This document shows positions 1 to 10,759 of a stretch of DNA of 64,000 nucleotides, one piece after another. This stretch comes from Trypethelium eluteriae (lineage: Eukaryota): NCBI GenBank assembly GCA_051942245.1, contig JAVECL010000024.1, positions 1 through 64,000 on the forward strand. Direction: 5' to 3'. Position numbers and translations under genes: made by a program. Positions within the stretch are counted from its first letter, which is position 1, and the number at the start of each line of letters is the position of its first letter. Under the pieces are notes generated by a model that saw only the letters and a list, made by a program, of their open reading frames with translations, searched no databases and was not told the DNA's origin.

Positions 1-996
1 GAGTCGCTTACCCTTGAGCTCTTCAGCCTCGGATACCCCCCGGGATGGCTCACCCAGCTCAGTCGGCGACTTCCCAATACCAAAGATCTAGTCGTCTATA
101 GCCAGCTGCTGGGCGGTATCACGGCCGAGAGTCAGGCCGACGCAGAGCGCTTCTTTGAGAATCTGCGTGGGCTGCGGGGCCTGCACCTGCTGGATGTGTT
201 TGCGAAGCCTGGATTCTATGGCGCGATTGGTGATATCCTGTGGGCCGAGAGGGACACGGAGCAGCAGGCGGGGGAGTTAGGGGTGCGGAAGAGATTACTA
301 TTTTTGGAGGTCAATTTCACGTTTCAGCCGCGGCAAAAGGAGTTTTTGGGGACGTTGCCTGGGAAAGAGTTGCATAGATTGGTGACGCCGAGTTTGGTGA
401 CATGCGCATTCAATGTGAGTCCTGCGGATGTCACAAATGATCCGCAGGATCCGACGAATTTGACGGAGGAGGGTGAGGAGCTGGCGAGTGGGAAGGAGGA
501 AGGCGTGAGGACGCTGGAGGGGAATCTGGCGGAGAAATTGGTGGAGGCATTGGTGAAGGATGAGTCGAGGCCGAGAGGGCTCAAGGTGCTGAACACAACG
601 CTATATATTCTGACAGTGACACAATTTGGGAAGCTGCTGGAGGCGCATCAGGGCTTGCTAATGGTAAGTGCTTCAATCAAAGAAGACGGAAGTGCAGAGA
701 AGTGGAAGAAGGATGTCCGAGATGCGGCGCTACACTGCCCAGAGTTGGAGCAGATTGAAGTTGTGGTCGTACCAGAGACGCAAGATGCTTCGGCAGAACA
801 TCTGAAGAGCACATCAATAAATCTAGTTTCTAGTTGGAAAAGGGAGGATATTGTAGAGCTCCAGGAGAAATGCCCGAAACTGACGGGCGTAAAGGTGAAT
901 CTGCTTCGTATGCAGTCGGCCGGAGTCACAGACTGGATCAAGGAAGAGGACGGATCTTGGACAAGTCAACCCGAAGGCACGGTTAAATCAAAATGA
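1..996 (+). CDS. Hypothetical fungal protein, 5'-truncated by the window edge
   Basis: Frame +1 is open from base 1 (ESLTLELFSLGYPPGWL...) to TGA at 994-996; no recognised catalytic motif. Confidence 0.7.
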   Translation, partial: ESLTLELFSLGYPPGWLTQLSRRLPNTKDLVVYSQLLGGITAESQADAERFFENLRGLRGLHLLDVFAKPGFYGAIGDILWAERDTEQQAGELGVRKRLLFLEVNFTFQPRQKEFLGTLPGKELHRLVTPSLVTCAFNVSPADVTNDPQDPTNLTEEGEELASGKEEGVRTLEGNLAEKLVEALVKDESRPRGLKVLNTTLYILTVTQFGKLLEAHQGLLMVSASIKEDGSAEKWKKDVRDAALHCPELEQIEVVVVPETQDASAEHLKSTSINLVSSWKREDIVELQEKCPKLTGVKVNLLRMQSAGVTDWIKEEDGSWTSQPEGTVKSK

Positions 997-1243
997 ACGT
1001 CAGAGTGCGCCCTCAAAAATTCAGGGCATCGATGAAACGGGCGCAATGAGAGCCCTTCCAACGTTTCTTGCCTCCATGAACATTACCAAAAATCGACTTT
1101 GGTCTCCCTAAACCTTACTGTTCGCAACAGCAAGGAGATGGCTCGAGCGAAAAGCCAGCGCGGAAAACGAAACCCCCTGTACATAGTATACTACATGAAG
1201 CAGAACGTAAGAGACACAAAAGTTTGTCAACGAGGATTGCAAC

Positions 1244-2663
1244 CTAAGAGCGAGTAACTTGAATGTGGCCAATGGCTTCGATCAAATGTGGAATGAAGCG
1301 CTCAGGGTTCTCAGTCGCTGGAAAATGTCCTAATCCTGGCATAGACTTATGCTTCGCCCCGGGAATTTTGTCAGCCGTGGCCTGGGACATGGATGGGGTA
1401 TTACTCCAGTCGTATTCGCCGTTAAGCATAAAGACTGGGCATTTTTTGGTATCGATGCTTGCCATACGTGAGCGACCATCCCAGCCCCCGAAGTAGAAGT
1501 CTAAGTCGCCGTGAAACATGCCATAGGCTTGTGCACTATAGGTGTGCCAAACAAGTTGCTTATTGGGAAGAGGAGCAGTGGGACTCATCATCTGGGCAGT
1601 GTCAATCTGCGTTGTATCGTGTCATTCAAGACGGACTGCCACTCACTCCGTAGATCCATTCCGGGTTGAAAAGTGACTGGTTTACATAAGGCGATCGGTC
1701 GTACCATTGCCGCTCCATGTTGAGATATTCACTCCTAATTTATTTTAGCCACTCTTACTGTAGAAGAGCTTGGGCTCATGCTCACCCCTGGAGAGGTATA
1801 GAACCACCAGCACCAACTTCCTCATGTCGGATAGCTACGGCCAGACATACTTGACCTGCCATCGAGGCACCACAAATGATAGGCTTGTCCAATCCGAGTG
1901 CCTTGACAAAAGAGGCGATGCACCCTACGTAGCTTTCTTCGGTATTCGTGTGAGCACCTGGGTAATAGCTGCGAGATGGGAAATTCCTTCCATGACCAGG
2001 CAAATCGAAAGCGTACATCTTACACTTCTCCAGCATCCGAGAGTCATTCATGACGCCATGATATTGTCTTGAATCGGAGCCAGCAGTATGAAGGAAGACA
2101 ATTGGTTGAGAACCACTGCCGGACGTTTCGTAGAAGACCTTGCATTTTCCCCAGATAGGGGCTGAGATGTAGACATACCGGCCCACAAGATGATCTTCAG
2201 TAGGCTCTTGGTAAGAATCTTCTTGCATAGGACCGCAATAGGCATCATGAATGAGCTCGAGAGTGCGCCTCCATACGTGGGTCCAATGCGCGAAGGCATT
2301 CTGATCACCTTGCACTTCAATACCCCTTTGCTTGATGTTCATCCCAAACATTCCCCAATAGCTCTGATGCGGCGGGGTAGGTACCGGTTTGAAATGCTCT
2401 TCCCATTGCTGGGATAAGGCTGAGAGTGTGAATTGGGCTGCTGATGGCTTGCCTGTAGACACCTCTGCTTTGCCATTTGTCATTGTTATAAGTAAGGTAC
2501 TATTTGAGCCACTGCTCTTGATGCCGAATGTTGCCGGAGCGTTAATAGCATTGGACGTAGTGAAGGCTCTGAGCTGTCCATCTGACTGGAGAAGCTCTTT
2601 GAATTTTGGAAGAGATGCGCTAAGGGCTTGTGGAAAATCATCCCAAGTACCTAGAGAGCCCAT
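1244..2663 (-). CDS. Alpha/beta hydrolase with an extra ~140-aa N-terminal domain (possibly SCP2-like); 3 exons
   Basis: VFLHTAGSDSRQY, AFDLPGHG, nucleophile elbow GASMAG, LNGEYDW, GLGHFP; two GT-AG introns (about 1735-1786 and 1592-1645) join ORFs 1782..2663 and 1244..1591. Confidence 0.85.
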
Positions 2664-2822
2664 GATGATGGAAAATTACGGGGGGCCAGTAATGAGATGG
2701 ATGGTGAAAATAGATTTTTGACATCACTTCATGGATGAGGTTGCTTTTAAAGAGCAGTATACAAACCTTTCAGAGCTATCATCGGACCTATGGGTCTGCC
2801 AATCTCAAATCGGCCACCTTTT

Positions 2823-2956
2823 GCGGGGTACTAAGGCGATCAGTTGCAAGGCGTCTTGTAGCTTGAGCTCCAAAGGCGGAGCCAATGGAGTTAACCATCC
2901 TTCGGTTCGTGGTTTATGTGCGGGGACCAGTTACAATGGAAGTTGCTGAAGCGGAG
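2823..2956. promoter_or_regulatory. Four CreA/Mig1-type SYGGRG sites upstream of the 1244..2663 hydrolase
   Basis: GCGGGG 2823, GCGGAG 2876, GCGGGG 2920 and GCGGAG 2951, all within 134 bp. Confidence 0.4.
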
Positions 2957-3308
2957 GCTTGATTTGCGTCGTCAGAGGCTTCAGCCTTGTCAAGAACCCG
3001 ACGTCTGATGTGGCGAATAGCGACGTTGCCGGTTGGGAATTTTCACTTGGTACAGTCACGTCGAGTTGGGAAGTAGTACGAGCAGGGTACGAGCCTAGAG
3101 TAGAGGTAGAAGCAGACGGGAGTAACTCGCGGTAGCACGTGACTAGTGCGTGTTTGGTCCGGGATTTCATCCTGGTTCCCGGGTATGAGATGCAGCAATG
3201 AATTCTCATTCTGATATCTCAACCGCTGCTCAATTGCTGCAGTACTTCAAATTCCGTTGAGCCTTTTGCCCGGCTCTGGGATAGCTAACTGATTGTCTAC
3301 CAGTTAGG

Positions 3309-4422
3309 TTACCTCCCTATGATGGACTCAAGGAAATCAAATCCTTTCCGCTGAAGATCCCACGTTCTCGACCCCTTACTCATTTTGCCTGCAAAGGTAT
3401 GTCCCTCACCTGGCACATCGATGAATTGGCTTCGAACCCCTTCCTCCTCGAGGCGTCTGCATAGCGTTCGACTCAAAAAAGGAGGAACCATCTTGTCTTC
3501 GAGCCCATGAACAATACACGTTGGAGGGAACTCTGGAGCAACATTTAAACATGCGTCAATCTTCTTCCAATCCTTGGAAGGATAGCAAACATCCAAAAGT
3601 GTGCCTTTCGCGATATGCGTCATGGTAAATGCAGTTCGTGGACCCATTGGTGGCGGCTTTCCATCTTCTGTTTGGCCCTCCAGTGACAGTCCGCCCTGGA
3701 TTGGCACGGGCTTCTCTTCGTAGACTTGGCTCATGAAGGACTCGGAGCATTCCGGTGGCTTCATAAACGTCAGAGACTGGGTCCAGAAAGAATCTTGGAA
3801 GTTGGTGGCGCCGTAAAGATCTAAGATGGCTACAACTGGACGTTTAACATCGAAACCCTGCTCAGTATCTTTGAGTCAGCTGTAACGCATCTCAAGACCT
3901 TCTCTTCAGTTTTACAGGTAAGCTACGATAGGCTAAGAACAAGATACATACCAGGGTCAGAGCCAAAGTACCACCGGACGATGTGCCAAAGGTCACAACT
4001 CTTTTGTCATCTACCTTGAAGGGCGAAGTAGCTCCGCTCGAGGCCAGTTCCTCATCTAACCCGCCTGCATAAATCCAGTCAAGCAAGTCCCGGCAGTCCG
4101 AGACAGGACCTTGCAGTATATCAACTTGCGGGCAAAGGCGATGTTCGGGAACCACAACAATCCAGCCGCGTTCCTGACAGTCTTCGATCTGGTCTGCGGA
4201 CACCATTCCCGAATGGCCCAAACAAAAAGCCCCTCCATGGATGCCAATGACTATGCTGTCGTTAGATACAATTCTTCATTTTCTGTGCAGATACTACATT
4301 CCTACTGGAACTTTCGATGTTTGATGGGTAGTATTTGCAGGTAAGTACACATCAGTGTATATAATGCAATCTTCGACTCTTTTATAGATGCACCGTAAAT
4401 GAGGACGCAATGAAGGCGCCAT
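3309..4422 (-). CDS. HGG-type (Abhydrolase_3/BD-FAE-like) esterase; 3 exons
   Basis: ATG at 4422 (MAPSLRPHLRCIYKRVEDCIIYTDVYLP); IHGGAF oxyanion motif, HRLCPQVDILQGPVSD, GTSSGG nucleophile, PPTCIVHGLEDKMVP, VPGEGHTF; introns near 4255-4300 (exact sites uncertain) and 3860-3951. Confidence 0.85.
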
Positions 4423-4915
4423 GGTTGGCTGAGAATAAAGCCCTACTTAGGAATATAGAACAGCTCAAAAGTCTGCTCCAAGGAGCTAACCACCCATTAA
4501 GGTGACCCCCGAAGCAATTTTATTACTTGCTCGTGTCAAATCCTGCCGAGAATCAGAGTATTTACATGCTCGATTAGACCAAAGTTCCAAGCGCGTCCAT
4601 CTCGGGTCTTGCGGGGGCGGGGGCCGTGGAAGCACCGCGGACCCACAGCCTCCACACGAGTCGTCGCCATTTTCTTTTGATGAGCTTGGCTGCCGCTCAA
4701 ATATGCCGCCTAGTATTAAAAGTAGGGTTCTATTCATGTTTCGTAGAAGCGCAGATGGCGTTGCTCGGCCGTCGACGCGGTGGGAACCGAACATATATAA
4801 GATAGCTGCGAGGTAGGCTAACTGCACAGCAATAATTCCCCAATCGAATCATTTCTTCACGCGGATACCATTGATTGTTTGAAGACAAGAGTCCTGACTA
4901 GCCTGCCTCACGAAA

Positions 4916-6033
4916 ATGGCAAATGGTACCGCTTCAGTTCCCCGATTGCAACAGCCACCAAAGGATGGAGGGAGCTACGTGATTCCGCAATTAGAGGGTG
5001 AAATGATAACGATACCGGGCAGCAAGGGCGTTTTCCGGGTCTTAGCATCCTCTCTCCAGACTGGCGGAGCGATGTCTGTATTCACGAGCGGAGGAGTCCT
5101 GGCAGACGCGCCGGGATTTCACCACCACAACGAAGCTCATGATATCTTCATTGTCACCAAAGGATATATGAAAATTTGGAACGGAGATCGTTGCAAGATC
5201 CTTGGTCCAGGTGATTTCACATCAGTGCCTCCAGTATGTCCAAGGAAACCTCGACACAATCTATCACAGAAGAAATTAATTGTCTTACTCAGGGAGTCAT
5301 TCATAATCCCCACACCCTGGGCCCTCACTCCGAAAGCTTCGGTGTGATCACTCCCGGTGACTGGCTCGACTTCTTTCGCTATATAGGCGAGTCTTATGAC
5401 GGCATTGTTGTCCCCGAATCCGACTCTCGGAATATTTTGGAGCACTTGATTCCTAAAGTCAAAGCCGCAGCAGGCAAATACGATGTCGTCTTCCATCCGG
5501 AGCATAAAGGCTGTGCTGTCAGCGAATGGACCACTGAGGACGAAGTCATCCCGGACACCACCAAGTCATACTATCTGAGGGCCAATACCGGTCCGCGGTG
5601 GATCCTCGGCGGTGTGATTTCACGTCCATTTATCACCACGAAGCAATGCGATGGCAAATTTGCCATTTCCAGTATTGAGTCTTCTTCGGTGCACAAGGCT
5701 TCTTGTCCGTTCCAACGCAAACTGACATTTCCTCGCACACATCATTGCTTTGCTGTGCAAGAGGGCGTGCTGGACGTCGTTGTTGGAGATGCTTCGTCAT
5801 GTCGTGTTGCGGAAGGAGAGGCCATATTCGTGCCGGCCGGTATTCCCTTTCAGCTGAACTTCTCGAGCAAGTTCGTGAGAGTCTGGACTTTCACAACTGG
5901 CGATGGGATAGAGTCCTTGATTCATCATGCCGGAATACCATTTGGTAGCTATGTGCTTCCAGACAAGTCGAAGCCTTGGGAGGAAAGGCAGTTGTTGGAA
6001 GCATGCCAAAAATTCTCCGTGCAGGTGTCATGA
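4916..6033 (+). CDS. Quercetin 2,3-dioxygenase-like bicupin; 2 exons
   Basis: Cupin metal motif GFHHHNEAHDIF...GDFTSVPPGVIHNP, YYLRANTGPRW, second cupin GEAIFVPAG; intron 5234..5292 (GTATGT...CAG). Confidence 0.85.
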
Positions 6034-6498
6034 CAGTATTCTTTCCCGAAAATCTCATAAATCCCACAGAACATCATGCGTAATTTTCATGATCAATAAC
6101 GGAAACGGTACTATCCAGCGATTCAACTTGGGACAATGCATGAAATGGCAATCGCATTTTGCGATCACTTGGACAGAAAGAGCACAGCCGAACAACATTA
6201 CTTATACCATTCCTCACGTATTGAAATATTTGCGCGAGATCGTCGATGACTGACAAGTGGTACGAAAGTAGGTAGAATGAGTTACGCATGTTAAGGACTG
6301 TGTATTGTACTACGCAGGAATCTTGAATCTTACAAGATCACGTGAATACAGTCGACCGCTTGTGTGCTATCTCTGCCGATCAAGGACAGGAATGTGATAA
6401 ACAAGGCTTCGCAAAGACTTTTCCATTGGTTGACACAACAGCCCGTGTCGACGGCTGGTGCTTGGTGTGTAATCTAGTTCACAACTCGAACACTCAAT

Positions 6499-9400
6499 CT
6501 ACCATCTCCTCTTCTTTGGCCGTTCAGCCCACTGCCTTTGTCTCCACGCCGCCAGACCAGTCACTGAGAAGAGTCCTGCTCCAACGATGAAACAAGGGCC
6601 CATCCATAGCTGAGCTCCAAGGAAATTGTTTGATGCTCCTGATGCAGCAGTAGCGACCGGTCCCGAAATGAGAGCGCCAACCCCTGCCGCAGCGTAAACC
6701 ATGCCCATTCGCGTGCCCAAGACGGCAAGGGAAGGGCAGACGTATGGAAGCACGACTGCAGGGAGGGTTGCTAACATGCCGCTAGCAAAGCCATAGAAGA
6801 CGAGAAAGCCAACGAAGCCACCAAGATTGTGAACTGCGATCCATGAGAACGCGAGGATGCCGCTGAAAAGCTGAGCGGTGAAGAGAAGGGCTTCCCCGCC
6901 AATGAAGTCGGACATGAAGGCCGGCACTGTGCGGCCAAAGAATTGAGCTGCATTGATGACGGCTACGAGATAGAAAGCTGTACTTTGGCTTGCGTGGAGC
7001 TCCGATGTTGCATACACAGTCGTGAGAAAGAAGGGTACGAGGAAAGCGCAAAAGATGAAGAAGGCAGCAGCGATGAAGAATACCATGGGGAGCTCCTTGA
7101 ATGCCGACATGTCCAAAAGTTGCCGTGTTGGCTTCTTTATGTGATCGAGCGGGCGGATGATGAGCGCGGCAACCGCAAGAGTGATCAGTGCAATAAACCC
7201 CATGATACGTGTTGCCCACGCAAAATCAAGCTCGACTAGGAGTCTTCGAAAGACGATGGGGTAGATGACGCCTCCTACAGAGCCACCTGCAGTAGCAAGT
7301 CCGAGAGCCAGTCCCCTTCTATCTTTGAAATAGAGAGGCATCAGTGCTACGCTTGGAATGTATAATAACCCACAACAGAGGCCAGTTAAAATGCCTTGTG
7401 TAAGCATGATTTGATAATATTGTACTGAAAGGCTGAGCATCATTTGGGAGAACACTACTCCCACACCGGCAATGATGAGGATGAGCTTGAAGTATCCTTT
7501 ATCGAAGAGTGGTCCGGAAAAAGCACCAACGACTAAAAGAAGGGCTGCCTGTACGGTTCCGATCCAAGCGATTGAAGACGACGAAAAGTTCTTGAGCACA
7601 CTGGTCTCGTAGTATGCTTGATATATGCCAAAGCTGTTTACGAGACCCCAATTGTTGACGTTAATTAAGAATGCCGCGAGTACTTGAAGCCAGGCTGTGA
7701 TACCACCGTCGGGTGGTTTTAAAGAGATGAGAAAGTCTTCATCTATGAGTGTTGGGTCGCCTTTCTCGGGTAGCTCCCAAGAGACAGTGGGCCTTAGTGG
7801 CGGAGCTAAGGTGGCTGTCCGAGAGATTGACGTCGGTGCCATACTTTTCACGGATTTAGCTTTCAGCGACTCGTCGGATGACTTCCGCGCGTCAGGAACG
7901 AGCGTTTCCTTGGAGTCTGCACCATGTCTGGGCCACTTTCGCGCAGCTAGCAGCTGTCGTCCATTCGATTTTCGAGAAGATCGGTGGGGCAAGTCCCAAG
8001 TTGCGAGTTGAAAAACCTGCTGCATTTGAATCCACGTTTCTACTTCCTCTTCGTCGGAGTCGTAGCCGTTCTGGGTAGGAGGCTCCTCCGAGAGAAGGAA
8101 CGACACTAATCTTTCAACCGACGGATGCTCGTAGACTTGCTTTGGCTCGATGCTGTTTTGGCCCTGAACGGAGTTGATGGCACGGACAAGATTAATGAGT
8201 TGAAGTAAATCCATTCCATTCTGGAAGAAATCATCTTCACTGCAAAGCTCTCGGATCCCCAATTCGAACCGAATAAAGTGCAGAATTGAAGAATACGCGG
8301 CTGATCGGGAGTTTAGATCGAGTTTGACTCTAGAGTCTTTCAGATGAGCATCATATTCATCGAATAGATGTTCGATCTCTTCTTTATAAATGGCATTTCC
8401 TCGTTGGCGTTGGATCGTTCCTTTACCTGCACGTGGAAGAGGCTTTTCTGGACTTGTAAAGAAGATTAGATCGCTGACTATTCGCCCGTGTTTGACACAT
8501 GTTTCGTTCGCGCGCTCCACGTAAGGCCAGATAAGGGCCTTCAAGCTCTTCACCTCGACTTGGAATATCGGTGATCTTTTTGCTTCAACAAGAAGCGCGG
8601 CCTGGAATTTACCCTGCCCAACGATCAAGCATCCAGTCACGTCGGGACTACTTGTAATTATACCTTCCATTGTAACGGGATTCAATTTTTCACCGTTGCT
8701 GAACACAATGACGTCGTCCAACCGGCTCTCATATTTCCAGAGGTCTGGCTCTGTTGGGTGCTTCGAGAACAAATCTTTCGTGTGATACTCTTGCAAATCT
8801 GGGAACGTAACGAAAATCGCTTGCATGAGATCAAGGTGCGGCCTTCGAACAATGACCAATTCATGGAGGCCCCCATCCACCTCACGAAATTCCAAGCCAG
8901 CCCATTCGGCATTGAATTTAAAATAGTGCCAAAATTGAGGGTCCTTCCTGATGAGAGGTAAAGCAAAGAATTCTGTTGCGCCGAGAGAAGAATTCAGTGA
9001 TACGTCGTCAATAAGGATATCGCCAGTAGCTTTCGAGAGCGGTCCACCTGCGTAAGTGAGACCACGTAGCCTTCGTAGGTTTGAGAGAAAAGATTTATTC
9101 TTAGCCAGCTCAACAATGATGGATGGAGGGATGGCACTGTACTCGATCTGGCCATGGATATGGACTGCGTCGATAAGCTCAGCTGTCATTGGCCCCACTG
9201 GCGGAAGGACTATCGTGCTATCGCAGTATATTACTGTAGCAATCGAGTATATGACACCGGCCACGTGAAAGGGAGGGAATGGTGCTAGCAATCTCATGTT
9301 GCCGCACCGTTCTGCAACTTCATTGCCGAAAAGCCAATTTGCGTCCATTGTTGTCGGAACCCCATGTCGAATTGGAACAATCTTTGGAATGCCAGTAGAG

Positions 9401-9991
9401 CCAGATGTATGGAGAAGAAGCCAAGGCTTCATCCGATATTCTTCGAACGACTTCGTAAACGGCCAGTGCTCGACCGGCGCTTCATTAAGCAATTCCGCGA
9501 GCTCTGGTATGATCAGGTGCGTGATTGGGTACTCTTTAAGAATGGATCCAACAATTGGTGGAGCATCCGCTGGGGAAATGAATTTGGTCGCGCCAGCCTC
9601 ATTTAGTAACGATAGATGAGCATCCATGCTGTTTCTCGGAGAAGGGAAGAACATCTGCCGCAAAGTCAGGAGTGGAGGTGATTTGAAGGATTACACTCAC
9701 GACATGGCCAGTCTTGACAGCAGCCATACATATTATTTGATAACGGAGATCGCTATGTCCAAGATATACCAAAGGCTCAAAACTTGAAGAGGTTCCACAA
9801 TTTTCTTTGATCCATAGTGCACAGCGATTGATTGCATTCGCAAAGACGCGGTAAGAAATATTTCGAAAGCCATCTTCCGCGTTCTTAGAACGGGGTATAG
9901 AGGCATATGGTCTTTGATGATCGGCTTCGGCGCGCTCATCTATTAATGCAGAAAGTAGTCGTTTGCCATACGGGAGAGAAGACTCTGCCAT
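6499..9991 (-). CDS. NRPS-like adenylation + thiolation domains fused to an MCT/Mch-family MFS transporter (about 1148 aa); 2 exons
   Basis: Exon 1 9701..9991, intron 9655..9700 (GTGAGT...GCAG), exon 2 6499..9654 stop-free. A-domain motifs LHTSGSTGIPK, YAGGPL, GATE, YHTKDLF, RLDDVIVFSNGEKLNP, LPRAGKGT. T-like DDFFQNGMDLLQL. MFS start PPDGGITAWLQVLAAFLINVNNWGLVNSFGIYQAYY followed by about 12 hydrophobic segments. Confidence 0.85.
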
Positions 9992-10759
9992 AGCTCTTCT
10001 GATAGTGCAGTAGAGATGTTGAGAAACTCAGGTCCATAAGAGGCAGCAAGAAACGGCTAGAGATGCGTATGTGTGAATGCGGCGACCGAGGCGAAACCCT
10101 GTTGAGAAGAAGGACGATAAGAGAGCCAGCCAAGCTCATGAGCAGAACACATAAGAAACATGAGAACTTGGGGCTGACAAGAAGCTTCTTCAGTTTATCC
10201 TCAAGCATAGCGCTTAGCAGGCCGACTACAGTCCGTCAGGCTGTGCGTCATAGTGCAATGATTTCCACACCTAGCTTCGAACTGAAAATCCACACAGGGG
10301 GAATTAGGACCGCTATTCGTTCAAATTCCATTTGTCCAGTTTAGTATGGGTCAGTGCTCTCAGAAAAAGGCAAATCGACGGCCGAACATGGAGAGTACCT
10401 GCACAGCCTACGCGCTTTGGTATTGCTGAAAAACGACTAAGTAGCGAGCTGTGTTGAAGGTGGGACGGCGTGGACAAGTGGGTAATTTTTAGCGTCGTTG
10501 GTTAAGTAAGACATTTCGCGCCTAGTTGTAGATCGACTGTGCTTCTGTTCGATTTACACGTTTGCTAGCCTCGTCGTAACATCTCGGTCAGACCTATTTT
10601 TAGTCGGAAAAGCACTCTAGCTTATTTAGGGAGCAAATTTAAATGTGGAATCCTGATGACACGGCGCGATGCTTCATCGACGGCGACCCTAATTTCCTGA
10701 TTTTCAAATGAGATATGCGGAAGCAGCGAGAAGAGGCATAAGAAAATATGACGCCAAAT

